Source: an uncultured bacterium (lineage in GTDB: Bacteria; Krumholzibacteriota; Krumholzibacteriia; Krumholzibacteriales; Krumholzibacteriaceae). Taken from it: a stretch of 35,389 bases of DNA. The stretch's first letter is position 1; the number at the start of each line of letters is the position of its first letter. The position numbers and the translations under genes are program-made. Below the pieces are notes generated by a model. That model saw only the letters and a list, made by a program, of their open reading frames with translations. It ran no database searches and was not told the origin of the DNA. Shown here piece after piece: positions 8,804 through 18,968 of this stretch. The stretch covers positions 1 to 35,389 of the forward strand of contig CBDUYR010000027.1 in assembly GCA_965371515.1 (NCBI GenBank), given 5' to 3'.

Positions 8804-9493
8804 ATGGCGCAGGAACATATTCTCGTCGTCGACGACGAAGAGGACATCCAGGAACTGGTGAGATACAACCTCGTCAGGAACGGCCTCACCGTGACGGTAG
8901 TCGGAACGGGCGAGGCGGCCGTCGAAACTGCCAGGTCGAAGCTGCCCGACATGATCCTCCTCGACCTCATGCTGCCCGGGATCGACGGGCTCGAGGTCTG
9001 CAACATCCTGAAGCACGACGAGAAGACCTCGCATATCCCCATTGTGATGCTCACCGCACGCGGTGAGGAGGCTGATGTTGTGGCCGGGCTCGAGCTCGGG
9101 GCGGACGACTATATCACCAAGCCGTTCAGTCCCCGCGTGCTCGTCGCCAGGATCAAGGCGGTTCTGAGGCGCAAATCTGAGATTCCGGCAGACCGCACCG
9201 CAGTTCTGAAGAGGAAGGATCTGGTCATGCATCCCGGCAGGCACGAGGCCCTCGTCAAGGGCAAGCCCGTGGAGCTCACCTCGACGGAGTTCGAGATCCT
9301 CTATCACCTCGCCAGACGCCCCGGCTGGGTCTTCACGAGGAATCAGATCATCGACGCCGCCAGGGGCGAGGAGTACCCGGTGACCGACAGGTCGGTCGAT
9401 GTTCATATAGTCAGCCTTCGCAGGAAGCTCGGACCCGTCGGAAAGCTCATCGAGACGGTAAGGGGCGTCGGATACAGGTTCAGGGAGAGTTAA
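8804..9493 (+). CDS. phoB: OmpR-family phosphate regulon response regulator (PhoB/PhoP)
   Basis: ILVVDDE, ILLDLMLP (phospho-Asp), GADDYITKPFS and wHTH IETVRGVGY. Adjacent to phoR and the pst genes. Confidence 0.9.
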   Translation: MAQEHILVVDDEEDIQELVRYNLVRNGLTVTVVGTGEAAVETARSKLPDMILLDLMLPGIDGLEVCNILKHDEKTSHIPIVMLTARGEEADVVAGLELGADDYITKPFSPRVLVARIKAVLRRKSEIPADRTAVLKRKDLVMHPGRHEALVKGKPVELTSTEFEILYHLARRPGWVFTRNQIIDAARGEEYPVTDRSVDVHIVSLRRKLGPVGKLIETVRGVGYRFRES

Positions 9494-11272
9494 ATGCATC
9501 CAAAACGCCTCGTCTGGTACATATTCCCCTGGTACCTGATCATCATCATAGTCTCGCTGGCCATCGTCACGGCCTACTCCACCCGCGCCGTGAAGGACTT
9601 TCATTTCACAACGACCTCGGACGACCTCGAGGCGAGAGCCGTTCTCTTCGAAAAGACAATATCGGACAGTATCGGCGGCCGCTACTCTGTGGTGGATGGG
9701 CTCTGCAAGGAGCTCGGCTCGGCAATCGCTACGCGAATTACGGTCGTGCTGCCGGATGGAGGCGTCATAGGCGATTCCGACGGCGATCCCGACGAGATGG
9801 AGAACCACGGCGACAGGCCGGAGTTCATCAGGGCTCTGTCCGGAATGACCGGTTCTTCGGTCAGGTACAGCGATACGCTGAGGAAGAGGTTCATGTACGT
9901 TGCCGTCCCGGTCAGGATCGATGGCAGGGTCGTCGGCGCGGTGCGCGCTTCCATTCCGCTGACGGCCCTCGACGAGAGCCTCGGCGGCATGTATGTCAGA
10001 ATAATGATATCGGGGCTGCTCGTCGCGATAGCCGCCGCCGTGGTCAGCATGCTCGTCGCCAGGCGGATCAGCCGCCCTGTCGAGGAGATTAAACGCGGCG
10101 TCGTCCATTTCGCGAACAACGATCTCAGTTATCGCCTCCCCGTCCACGGGCTCGAAGAGATCGGGGAACTCGCCAGCGTCATCAACGCGATGGCCGGGCG
10201 CCTCGAGGACAGAATAGAGGCAGTCGAGCGGCAGAGAAACGAGCAGGAGGCGATCTTCACCGGCATGGTCGAGGGCCTCGTCGTCGTCGATGAGAACGAG
10301 AGGATCGTCAGGATAAATCCCGCAGCATCATCGTTCCTCGGAGTCGATATCGCCGACGCCGAGGGCAGGGCGATCCAGGAGGTGGTCCGCAATCCTTACC
10401 TCCAGAAGTTCGTCGCGAAAACACTCGGTTCTGCAGTCACGGTCGAGGAGGACCTTACGCTGAGGGACGAGAGAGGCGAGTTGTATGTCCAGGCCCACGG
10501 AGTTCAGCTCCTGCGGCCGGACGGCAGGGTGAGGGGAGGCGTGATCGTCCTCAACAATGTTACGAGGCTGAGGAAGCTGGAGAATCTAAGGCGGGATTTC
10601 GTGGCGAACGTCTCTCACGAGCTCCGGACCCCGGTCACTTCGATAAAAGGCTTTGTAGAGACGCTGCTCGACGGCGCCCTGCGCGATCCCGACGACGCGG
10701 CGCGTTTTCTCGATATCATCGCCAGGCAGGCGGACAGGATGGACAGCATCATCGAGGACCTGCTTCTCCTCTCCGGAATCGAGCGCGGTATGGAGAAGAG
10801 CGAGGTCAGCGTCGAGAAGGGAATAATCATCGATGTCCTCCGCGACGCGCTGGAAGTATGCGAGCACAAGGCGAAGGGAAAGAAGATCGAGATAAAGCTC
10901 GACTGTGCCGCCGATCTTGAGGCTCCGGTCAACGAGCCGCTTCTCGAGCAGGCGGTGATCAACCTGCTCGACAACGCGATCAAGTACAGCGATGAGGGAG
11001 GCCCGGTCGAGATCTCCGTTTCCCGGCATGCCGATGAGATCACGATCGAGTTGCGGGACGAGGGGTGCGGTATTAACAAAGAGGATATCCCGAGATTGTT
11101 TGAGAGGTTCTACCGCGTCGACAAGGCGAGGAGCCGTAAGCTCGGCGGAACAGGGCTCGGGCTCGCGATAGTCAAGCACATCATGCAGGCGCACGGCGGT
11201 TCCGTCACCGTAGCGAGCAATCCCGGAGAAGGGTCGACATTCACTCTGCATCTGCCGAATGCCCTGTCATAA
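9494..11272 (+). CDS. phoR: Phosphate regulon sensor histidine kinase (2 TM, HAMP, PAS, HisKA, HATPase)
   Basis: FVANVSHELRTP H-box, NLLDNAIKYS, DEGCGI, FERFYRVDKARS and GGTGLGLAIVKH. The start abuts the phoB stop (TAAATG). Confidence 0.92.
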   Translation: MHPKRLVWYIFPWYLIIIIVSLAIVTAYSTRAVKDFHFTTTSDDLEARAVLFEKTISDSIGGRYSVVDGLCKELGSAIATRITVVLPDGGVIGDSDGDPDEMENHGDRPEFIRALSGMTGSSVRYSDTLRKRFMYVAVPVRIDGRVVGAVRASIPLTALDESLGGMYVRIMISGLLVAIAAAVVSMLVARRISRPVEEIKRGVVHFANNDLSYRLPVHGLEEIGELASVINAMAGRLEDRIEAVERQRNEQEAIFTGMVEGLVVVDENERIVRINPAASSFLGVDIADAEGRAIQEVVRNPYLQKFVAKTLGSAVTVEEDLTLRDERGELYVQAHGVQLLRPDGRVRGGVIVLNNVTRLRKLENLRRDFVANVSHELRTPVTSIKGFVETLLDGALRDPDDAARFLDIIARQADRMDSIIEDLLLLSGIERGMEKSEVSVEKGIIIDVLRDALEVCEHKAKGKKIEIKLDCAADLEAPVNEPLLEQAVINLLDNAIKYSDEGGPVEISVSRHADEITIELRDEGCGINKEDIPRLFERFYRVDKARSRKLGGTGLGLAIVKHIMQAHGGSVTVASNPGEGSTFTLHLPNALS

Positions 11273-11294
11273 CAGGGCGACACACATTCATCAC

Positions 11295-11327
11295 GTTTTA
11301 ACTTGCCCTTAATAATCCCCTAACAGC
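11295..11327 (+). promoter_or_regulatory. Pho-box-like array (3 x 11 bp) upstream of the porin gene
   Basis: GTTTTAACTTG / CCCTTAATAAT / CCCCTAACAGC, with TAA(C/T) at 11299, 11310 and 11321. Confidence 0.78.
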
Positions 11328-11387
11328 GAAAGTTTACGTTTGAGCCATGACGGAAATGGGTCCGTCTGAAACGGGAGAAAGGATCCC

Positions 11388-12482
11388 ATGAAAAAGATAG
11401 TGGTTCTCGCGCTTCTGCTTGCTGTGTTCGCTTCGAGCGCCGCACAGGCGGGAGAGTGGTATGAAAAGGTAAAACTCGGCGGAGATTTCAGGGACCGTTA
11501 CGACGGCATCTGGGATGAGACAAAGAATTACGACAGGCACAGGAACCGCATCCGGGCGAGACTGTCTCTGAAGGCAAGCATCACTGATGACTTCACGTTC
11601 ATCAGTAGGTTCGCGACCGGCATCAATGATCCCGCCTCGACCAACAGGACCCTGACCGACGCCTTCACCACCAAGGGGTACTGGCTCGACCTGGCGTATT
11701 TCGATTTCCATCCCGTCAAGGCCGAAGGCCTGCACATCTACGGCGGAAAGATGAAGAACTCTTTCTACAAGCCGGCCAAGAACCAGCTCGTATGGGATGG
11801 AGACGTCAATCCCGAAGGTATCACGATCAATTTCGGACGCGATGCCAGCGAGAAGTTATCTTACTTCCTTGTCGGTTCATGGTACACCGTCATGGAGAGA
11901 AAGGCCGATCCTGACATCTACATGCTCGGCGCCCAGGGCGGCCTGAGGATCAGGACCTCGGAAAAGACCCATATCGCATTCGGAGCGAACTACTACGGCT
12001 ACCAGAACCTCAAGGGGGCTGAGGCCCTTTTCGATGATGAGTTCTTCGGCAACACATCGGTGGACGATGACGGCACCGACGTTTTCGCCAACGACTACAC
12101 GCTTGTCGAGGGTTTCGGAGAGTTCGGATTCAAGACGGGCAAAGCCTCTTGGACCGCTTTTGGAAGTTACGTCAACAACACTGCGGCAGACAGTCTCAAC
12201 ACGGGCTACATTGCCGGTCTCGGTGTTAAAGGCGGCAAGGGTAGGGGCGCCTGGAAGCTCGGCGGCTTCTACAAGTGGATCGAGACTGACGGCGTGATCG
12301 GTCTTTTCGCAGATTCCGATTTCGGAGGCGGTACGACCGACGTCAAGGGCTTCGCTATTTCGGGCGGCTACGCCGTACAGAAGAATGTCGAGCTCGCTTC
12401 GATGATCTTCATCAACGAAAGAGGTGTAGAGGACGGGACAGGTTACACGCGGTTCCTCCTCGACCTGAAGATGAAGTTCTAG
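11388..12482 (+). CDS. Putative outer-membrane porin (beta-barrel), Pho-regulon associated
   Basis: Signal peptide AQA|GE, GDFRDRYD..R.R.RIRARL, P.STNRTL, LVWDGDVNPEG and alternating beta-strands. C-terminal Phe (LDLKMKF). Resembles the 'putative porin' family. Confidence 0.8.
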   Translation: MKKIVVLALLLAVFASSAAQAGEWYEKVKLGGDFRDRYDGIWDETKNYDRHRNRIRARLSLKASITDDFTFISRFATGINDPASTNRTLTDAFTTKGYWLDLAYFDFHPVKAEGLHIYGGKMKNSFYKPAKNQLVWDGDVNPEGITINFGRDASEKLSYFLVGSWYTVMERKADPDIYMLGAQGGLRIRTSEKTHIAFGANYYGYQNLKGAEALFDDEFFGNTSVDDDGTDVFANDYTLVEGFGEFGFKTGKASWTAFGSYVNNTAADSLNTGYIAGLGVKGGKGRGAWKLGGFYKWIETDGVIGLFADSDFGGGTTDVKGFAISGGYAVQKNVELASMIFINERGVEDGTGYTRFLLDLKMKF

Positions 12483-12498
12483 CAAAGGCGGCATTTAC

Positions 12499-12542
12499 GA
12501 CTTAACGGTAATTTAACATCGCCCTAACAAACGACTAACAAG
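12499..12542 (+). promoter_or_regulatory. Pho-box-like array (4 x 11 bp) upstream of pstS
   Basis: GACTTAACGGT / AATTTAACATC / GCCCTAACAAA / CGACTAACAAG, with TAAC at 12503, 12514, 12525 and 12536. Confidence 0.83.
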
Positions 12543-12584
12543 AGGGAACTAGAATTACTGGTAGAAAGGTTCAGGGAGGTAACG

Positions 12585-13424
12585 ATGAAAGTTTTCAGAT
12601 TCATAGCGATAATAGCAGCGCTCACCCTCACCGGCTCGATAGTCACCCCCGGCTCGGCAGTAGCCGAGGAGAGGATCATTATCGACGGTTCGACTACCGT
12701 CGGTCCTATCGCCAAGGCTTTCGCAGAGTACTACATGTCGAAGAACAAGGACGTCAACATCACCGTCAGTGAATCGGGTAGCGGCAACGGAGCTAAGAGC
12801 CTTATCAACGGGATGTGCCAGGTCGCCGATATGTCCCGCTTCATGAAGGACAAGGAATACGCAGCGGCGATCAAGAAGGGCCGTACTCCAGTGGCGCACG
12901 TAGTCGCCATCGACGGCATCGTGATTGTCGTGCACCCGAGCAATCCGGTCGAGGGTCTCACCATGGCGCAGATCCGTGACATCTACATGGGCAGGATCAC
13001 GAACTGGAAGGACCTCGGCGGCCCTAACGTCGAGATAGTCATGATCAGCCGCGACACGAACAGCGGTACTTACGAGACCTTTGAAAAACTTGTTATGAAG
13101 AAGGAAAAGATCTACGAGAAGGCCGAGTATGTCGGCAGCAACGGCGCCATCCGCCAGCGGGTGCAGAGCACGCCCGCTGCTATCGGCTATATCGGTCTCG
13201 GATTCGTCGACCGCAGCGTCAAGGCGCTCGAGATCGACGGAGTCGTACCTGACCTGAACACGATCTCTTCGGGCATCTACCCGATCGCGAGACCGCTGTT
13301 CATGTTCACCGACGGGTATCCGAAGCTCGGGACCCATCTCCATCGTTTCATCACGCTCTACCTCTCCCCCAAAGGTCAGGAGATCATCGAGGCAATCGGC
13401 TTCATTCCGGTGACGAAGTACTAG
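12585..13424 (+). CDS. pstS: Phosphate ABC transporter substrate-binding protein
   Basis: IDGSTTV, SGSGNG, VAIDGIVIVVHP, SRDTNSGT.ETF and YPIARPLF. GGAGG RBS. Confidence 0.93.
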   Translation: MKVFRFIAIIAALTLTGSIVTPGSAVAEERIIIDGSTTVGPIAKAFAEYYMSKNKDVNITVSESGSGNGAKSLINGMCQVADMSRFMKDKEYAAAIKKGRTPVAHVVAIDGIVIVVHPSNPVEGLTMAQIRDIYMGRITNWKDLGGPNVEIVMISRDTNSGTYETFEKLVMKKEKIYEKAEYVGSNGAIRQRVQSTPAAIGYIGLGFVDRSVKALEIDGVVPDLNTISSGIYPIARPLFMFTDGYPKLGTHLHRFITLYLSPKGQEIIEAIGFIPVTKY

Positions 13425-13463
13425 ACTGAAGGGACGCAAGGTCCATGCAGGGAACCGGCTGTT

Positions 13464-14624
13464 ATGAACGACAGGATCTACGAACACACCGAATCTGATC
13501 TTCGCGGCCGGTTGCTTATGAGCAGGGGCACGCAGCGTCACAGGCGACTGGGTGCCCTTGCCGGTAATACCGTTCTCATCACGATAGCCTCGAGCTCCCT
13601 GATCGCGCTTCTCTTCATCTTCTGCTTTATCATCAAGGATGCCATTCCGTTCTTCCAGCTCGAAGGGATCAGGGAATTCTTTACGAGTACGAGGTGGTAC
13701 CCATCCAGGGAAGATGCGGAGTTCGGAGCCCTGTCTATCCTGACAGGCAGCGCCCTCGTCACGATCGGAGCGGTCGTGGTGGCGGTGCCGATGGGTGTAC
13801 TGGCCGCGCTCTGTCTCAGTGATATCCTCCCCTTCTCGATACGGCAGGTCGTCAAGCCGGTGATCGAGATGCTCGCCGCGATCCCCTCGGTCGTCTACGG
13901 GTTCTTCGCGCTCGTCGTATTCGCGCCGCTTCTCCAGGAAAAGGGAGGAGGACTGCTCTCCGTAGGGGCGCTGATAGTCCTCGTCCCTGTCTCCATAATA
14001 GGAACAGGTGTGGCGAGCGACCTAATCGGCGCGAGATTCAGCGAAGGATCGAGAGGCGTCGCAAGGATCGCGTTCGCCGCGGTCCTGTCCATAGCTGTCA
14101 TCCTCGGGTTGTACCAGCTCAACAGGTTCCTCGGCGGCCTCCAGATCGTCAGCGGCACGAACGCTCTCAACGCCTCTGTAATCCTTGGAATCATGGCGCT
14201 GCCCACGGTGGTCAGCGTCTCGGAGGACGCGCTGAACGCGGTCGGAAGGGAGCTCCGCGAGGGAAGCTATGCCCTCGGAGCCACGCGGGCGGAGACCCTT
14301 CTGCGCGTTGTCATACCGGCGGCAAAGAGCGGGATACTTGCGGCGGTGATCCTCGGCGTAATGCGGGCCGTCGGCGAGACGATGGTCGTCTGGATGGCCT
14401 CGGGCAATGCCGCCAGGATCCCGCAGCCGATATTCAACTATCTCGAGCCGATAAGGACCCTCACGGCGACGATCGCCGGCGACATGGGCGAAGCCGACCA
14501 TGTGACCGGTTCGGCGAGGTATCACGTGCTCTTCGCGATGGCGTTCTGTCTGCTCGTCTTCGCGTTCGTATCGAACTTCGTCAGCGAGATGATCCTGAGA
14601 AGATCAAGAAAGAGGCTGGGCTGA
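13464..14624 (+). CDS. pstC: Phosphate ABC transporter permease PstC (extended)
   Basis: IEMLAAIPSVVYGFF, EAA loop LREGSYALGATRAET, RAVGETMVV and RTLTATIA. Confidence 0.92.
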   Translation: MNDRIYEHTESDLRGRLLMSRGTQRHRRLGALAGNTVLITIASSSLIALLFIFCFIIKDAIPFFQLEGIREFFTSTRWYPSREDAEFGALSILTGSALVTIGAVVVAVPMGVLAALCLSDILPFSIRQVVKPVIEMLAAIPSVVYGFFALVVFAPLLQEKGGGLLSVGALIVLVPVSIIGTGVASDLIGARFSEGSRGVARIAFAAVLSIAVILGLYQLNRFLGGLQIVSGTNALNASVILGIMALPTVVSVSEDALNAVGRELREGSYALGATRAETLLRVVIPAAKSGILAAVILGVMRAVGETMVVWMASGNAARIPQPIFNYLEPIRTLTATIAGDMGEADHVTGSARYHVLFAMAFCLLVFAFVSNFVSEMILRRSRKRLG

Positions 14625-14627
14625 TAG

Positions 14628-15974
14628 ATGGAACTGAAGACACGCAAGATGCTCGACCGGTCGTTCACCGCTATAGGCGTATTCGCCATAGTGCTGATGG
14701 CCGTCTCTCTCATGATACTTCTCCAGCCGATTGCCTGGCGCGGAGCGGGCGCCTTCATCTTCAGGGAGACGGTAGAGAACAGGAAGCTCGCCCTCGAACT
14801 GCTCAGCCGCGGAAGCAGCGCGAAGATCGAGATGGAGATTACAGAGACCGAGGCTGCCAGGAAGCCTGTATACGACATGATGGCGGTATTCGAGGAGGAG
14901 ATGGAGGAGGGCGGCTCCCTCTTCAGGAGGCAGTACGGGCGCGAGTACTCGGAGCTCCGCGACATGCTCTCCGAGCTGCTTGGTCCCCTTCCCGGCGAGA
15001 AGAAGCCCGTTCTCATCCGCGACCAGTACGGCCAAACGCGATGGGACAGGACGCGGGTGAAGCTCCATCAGATACTTTTCGTCGAGGGATACGATTACTC
15101 CGATCCGGACCGGATGGGAGTGAAGATAGAGAACCCGCGTTCTGCTCTGTTCGAGTCGACTTCGATCGAACCGCTCTTCGGATATCTCGAGGAAAACATC
15201 GAGCGGATGATGCTCCCGAAGTTGACATTTTACTGGCGCTTTCTCTTCGACAGATCTTTCGACGCGCATTTCTTCGGAGGCATCTGGCCCGAGGTGCTCG
15301 GAACATTGTATCTCGCGCTCGGCGCGATGCTCTTCGCCGTACCCCTGGGGATAGTCACGGCTATATACCTAGCCGAGTACGCCGGCGAGAGCAGGTTCGT
15401 AAGCCTCCTGAGGACGTGTATCAGCTCGCTGGCCGGCGTACCTAGCATCGTGTTCGGCCTTTTCGGGTTGGCGTTCTTCATAAACACGATGAAGATATCG
15501 AACGGCAAGAGTGTCCTGGCCGGATCGCTTACCCTTGCATTTCTTATTCTTCCGACTGTCATACGCGCGTCCGAGGAAGCGATTCTCGCCGTGCCCCGGA
15601 CCTACAAAGCGGCGGCGATGAGCCTCGGAGCGGGGAAATGGCATACGATAATCTCAGTGATCCTGCCAGCCGCGCTGCCCGGGATCCTGACCAGTATAAT
15701 CATCAGTCTCGGCAGGGCGGCGGGCGAAACGGCGCCGATCATATTCACTGCCGCCGTCAGTGTCGGGAGGCCGCTTGCCCTCTGGCAGACGCTCAGCCAA
15801 CCTTCCCCGGCGCTGTCGTGGAATATCTACAATCTCGCCACGGAGCACGAAGCGGTGGACGAGATCCGTCACGTCCAGTACGGGATGGTGCTCACCCTCG
15901 TCGCGATGGTCCTGCTGTTGAACCTGACGGCGATCATAATAAGAGCCCGCGTATCGAAGAAATTGAGAGGCTGA
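14628..15974 (+). CDS. pstA: Phosphate ABC transporter permease PstA with large soluble insertion
   Basis: [33 protein letters not shown] and GRAAGETAP. Confidence 0.92.
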   Translation: MELKTRKMLDRSFTAIGVFAIVLMAVSLMILLQPIAWRGAGAFIFRETVENRKLALELLSRGSSAKIEMEITETEAARKPVYDMMAVFEEEMEEGGSLFRRQYGREYSELRDMLSELLGPLPGEKKPVLIRDQYGQTRWDRTRVKLHQILFVEGYDYSDPDRMGVKIENPRSALFESTSIEPLFGYLEENIERMMLPKLTFYWRFLFDRSFDAHFFGGIWPEVLGTLYLALGAMLFAVPLGIVTAIYLAEYAGESRFVSLLRTCISSLAGVPSIVFGLFGLAFFINTMKISNGKSVLAGSLTLAFLILPTVIRASEEAILAVPRTYKAAAMSLGAGKWHTIISVILPAALPGILTSIIISLGRAAGETAPIIFTAAVSVGRPLALWQTLSQPSPALSWNIYNLATEHEAVDEIRHVQYGMVLTLVAMVLLLNLTAIIIRARVSKKLRG

Positions 15975-15997
15975 AATATTTAATACAAGACGCAGCT

Positions 15998-16858
15998 ATG
16001 GTCGAGAAGCGGGAGGAAATTTTGGCGATAGAGGATTTAAAGAACCGTCCTGACGGAATCGCTCTCGGGATTACAGAATTCCGGGAGGATATGAAGCAGG
16101 AGAGGCGCCCGTTGATCGGATCGAAGGGATTCTACGTCTATTACGGCGATAACGCCGCCGTGAAGGACGTATCGTTCGATATTCCGGAAGGGCTGGTTAC
16201 GGCGATCATCGGGCCGAGCGGGTGCGGCAAGAGCACTTTTCTGAGGGCGATCAACCGGATGAACGATCTGATCCCCGGCTGCCGTGTCGACGGTGAGCTT
16301 ATCCTCGACGGGCAGAACCTCTACGCTCAGCAGGTCGATGTCGTATCGCTGAGGAGAATGGTCGGCATGGTCTTCCAGAAGCCGAATCCCTTCCCGAAGA
16401 GCATATTCGACAATGTCGCCTACGGACCGAAGATTCACGGGCTGACCGATCGTCGAAAGCTCGGCGAGATAGTCGAGAAGAGCCTCAGGCAGGCGGCTCT
16501 CTGGGAAGAGGTAAAGGACAGGCTGGGCGACAATGCCCTTGGCCTCTCAGGGGGGCAACAGCAGAGACTGTGCCTCGCGCGAGCGGTTGCGGTCAACCCG
16601 AAGGTGCTCCTGATGGATGAGCCGGCATCGGCCCTCGATCCGCGATCGACCTCGAAGATCGAGGATCTCATATCGGAGCTGCGTGGCGAGTACACGATCG
16701 TGATCGTCACGCACAACATGCAGCAGGCGGCGCGTGTCTCCGACCTGACCGCATTTTTATACGAGGGCAACCTGATAGAGTTCGGCGAGACGAAGCAGAT
16801 ATTCACCAAACCTAAAGAGAAACAGACAGAGGATTATATAACTGGAAGATTCGGCTAA
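15998..16858 (+). CDS. pstB: Phosphate ABC transporter ATP-binding protein
   Basis: [38 protein letters not shown] and LLMDEP. The start is uncertain: ATG 15998, TTG 16022 (GGGAGG upstream) or ATG 16091. The 15638 start overlaps pstA. Confidence 0.93.
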   Translation: MVEKREEILAIEDLKNRPDGIALGITEFREDMKQERRPLIGSKGFYVYYGDNAAVKDVSFDIPEGLVTAIIGPSGCGKSTFLRAINRMNDLIPGCRVDGELILDGQNLYAQQVDVVSLRRMVGMVFQKPNPFPKSIFDNVAYGPKIHGLTDRRKLGEIVEKSLRQAALWEEVKDRLGDNALGLSGGQQQRLCLARAVAVNPKVLLMDEPASALDPRSTSKIEDLISELRGEYTIVIVTHNMQQAARVSDLTAFLYEGNLIEFGETKQIFTKPKEKQTEDYITGRFG

Positions 16859-16870
16859 AGGAGCGGGAAA

Positions 16871-17536
16871 ATGTCCAAACACATACGCAGGGAGATCGCT
16901 ACCTTGAAGAAGGAGATACTCGCGCTGGGAGCGGCGGTCGAAGAGATCCTGTACAAAGCGATGAAATCACTCGAGAAGAGAGACAAGGCTCTCGCGGAAC
17001 AGGTAATGGAGGAGGATACGGTCATCGACCAGATGGAGGTCGAGATAGAGGAGGACTGCCTCAAGGTCCTCGCCCTTCACCAGCCGGTTGCGATAGACCT
17101 GCGCCTCATCATAGCGATCCTGAAGATCAACAACGATCTCGAGAGGGTAGGCGACCTGGCGGTCAATATCGCCGAACGGGCGGCTTTTCTCGCTACGAGA
17201 GAGAAGATCGACATCCCCCTGGATTTTATGAAGATGGCTGACATCGCGAGGGACATGCTCAAGAAGAGCCTCGACGCTCTGGTCTCCGAGGACTCGGCAC
17301 TGGCGCACAAAGTCTGCGGGATGGACGACGCCGTCGACGCGATCAACCGCGAGATGTACATCCTCATACAGGATGAGATCAGGAAGGATCCCTCGAAGAT
17401 GGAGAGTCTCATCCACCTGCTCTCGGTCTCGAGGCATCTCGAGAGGGTCGCCGACCTCGCGACGAACATCGCAGAGGACGTGATCTACATGATCGACGGC
17501 GAGATCGTACGCCACAAGGTGGAGAAGTACATGTAA
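16871..17536 (+). CDS. phoU: Phosphate signalling/uptake regulator PhoU
   Basis: QPVAIDLR, DLERVGDLAVNIAE and HLERVADLATNIAEDVIY. Confidence 0.95.
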   Translation: MSKHIRREIATLKKEILALGAAVEEILYKAMKSLEKRDKALAEQVMEEDTVIDQMEVEIEEDCLKVLALHQPVAIDLRLIIAILKINNDLERVGDLAVNIAERAAFLATREKIDIPLDFMKMADIARDMLKKSLDALVSEDSALAHKVCGMDDAVDAINREMYILIQDEIRKDPSKMESLIHLLSVSRHLERVADLATNIAEDVIYMIDGEIVRHKVEKYM

Positions 17537-17540
17537 CACG

Positions 17541-18956
17541 CTATCTCAGGAGCACGATCTTCCTTACGGCCCTTTCGTCCGCTGATCTCATCCTGATGAA
17601 ATAAACGCCTGAAGCAGAGGCCCGCCCGTCACTTCCGGTACCGTTCCAGATGACCTCATGAGCACCTGCGGTGAATCGACGCTTCGCCACGGTGCAGATC
17701 TTTCTTCCCGCCGCATCGTAGATGGTCAGGTCGACGTGCCCGTCCTTTTCGAGCGAGAAAGGGATCGTCGTGACCGGATTGAACGGGTTGGGGTAGTTAG
17801 GTCCGAGTGAGATGGCTGGAGGGAGCTCCGCCGATGAAAAGGCCGGGACGCTGAAGCAGATCTGGAAGGGGGGCAGTCCCGTGCTCTTCGGCGAGGATGT
17901 GATCAGCGTGTCGACCGACGTGTCCCAGATCCATATCCCGGGCGCTGTCTCGGTCTGATCGGCGGCAAAGAGTTCGCCGTCGGGAGAGATCTCGATGTCG
18001 TTGAGCACCCAGCCCGGAGGGCTGTACAGCGGTGTCCCCGCAGTGCCTGCAGAGGGGTCAAAAGGAACCAGGGCGGTCGTGAACGACGGCGTCGCAACGA
18101 TCATATAGCCCTTCGTGGCGGACAGTATCTCGAACTCGATTATATCTCCACCGGCGGCGGATTCCGTTATCATGAATCCCTGTGAGCTCATCGAGACCGG
18201 GTCGATCATCTCGATCCCTCCGTCGGTCACGCCCCAGAGGCCGGCGCATGCGACGAGTATCGTGTACCCGTCGTGATTGAACTTCAGGTCGGTAAACGGA
18301 TTCGAAGCCGTCAGCGGGATCGCCTGTTTCCCCGGGGTTCCGGGATCGACATCGATCAGCGTGTCGGCGGCGGCGTCGATGACGGCGATGTAGCTGTCTC
18401 CGACGGGCATCCAGTAGTTGTTACGGTCGATCCTCTGGATCGACACGAACAGGATGCCGTCCTTCATGATCATGTGGTCCATCTCGCACAGGCCGTCCCC
18501 GTCGGCGAACTGCGAGAGGTCGATCGTGCCGAGATGCGTTCCGGTCGCCGGATTCATGATGAGCAGGTCGTTCGAATCGTACGTCGAGACGAATGCCTTT
18601 GACGGGGAGACGAACGCGATATCCTTCGGGTTGGTACCGTTTCCCGTCGAGTGCTGGGAGAGGGTGGAGAAATCGTCCTCCGGGTCGAGGATCTGGATAT
18701 TGTCGGCGCCCGCGCGGTTGATCACATAGACAAGCCCGCCGTACCAGCGCGCCACGGCGTCGCTGTGTATGGGGGCGACACAGACCTCGGTCGTATAGTC
18801 CGGATCGAGCCAGATGACCGACGCGCAGCCGGAGGAGTAATCGGTCGTCGTGATGAAGGCATAGTCGGCCGCGACCGCGGCGGGAGCGGCCGCGATCAGA
18901 GCGATCATTACGAGGGCTGCGGCTGAGGCGGTCGTGTCTGCGTGACGGATCATCAT
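17541..18956 (-). CDS. Secreted YncE/BtuG-like beta-propeller with C-terminal FlgD-Ig/T9SS type-A-like sorting domain
   Basis: Signal peptide and propeller-blade motifs (LVYVINRAGADNIQILDP, NPKDIAFVSPSKAFVS, IAVIDAAADT). Tail NYPNPFNPVTTIPF..IYDAAGR..WNG..ASGVYF..KIVLLR. Lies 12 bp downstream of the TonB receptor. Confidence 0.8.
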   Translation of the reverse strand: MMIRHADTTASAAALVMIALIAAAPAAVAADYAFITTTDYSSGCASVIWLDPDYTTEVCVAPIHSDAVARWYGGLVYVINRAGADNIQILDPEDDFSTLSQHSTGNGTNPKDIAFVSPSKAFVSTYDSNDLLIMNPATGTHLGTIDLSQFADGDGLCEMDHMIMKDGILFVSIQRIDRNNYWMPVGDSYIAVIDAAADTLIDVDPGTPGKQAIPLTASNPFTDLKFNHDGYTILVACAGLWGVTDGGIEMIDPVSMSSQGFMITESAAGGDIIEFEILSATKGYMIVATPSFTTALVPFDPSAGTAGTPLYSPPGWVLNDIEISPDGELFAADQTETAPGIWIWDTSVDTLITSSPKSTGLPPFQICFSVPAFSSAELPPAISLGPNYPNPFNPVTTIPFSLEKDGHVDLTIYDAAGRKICTVAKRRFTAGAHEVIWNGTGSDGRASASGVYFIRMRSADERAVRKIVLLR

Positions 18957-18968
18957 GTCTCTCTCCTG

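Noticed and set aside
8783..10147. 454-aa minus-strand ORF
   Set aside because: Antisense shadow of phoB-phoR.
8804..11272. Two-component system next to cusA interpreted as CusRS
   Set aside because: The PhoR-type HAMP-PAS architecture, the VSHELRTP and RVDKARSR motifs, and repeats shared with the pstS promoter point to PhoBR.
15638..15997. 120-aa N-terminal extension of PstB
   Set aside because: It overlaps the 3' end of pstA in another frame and has no protein-like conservation.
17536..17541. Convergent stops only 4 bp apart (phoU / propeller; similarly 5 bp at 28204/28210) as antisense regulation
   Set aside because: This is common in compact genomes, and there is no further evidence for a regulatory role.
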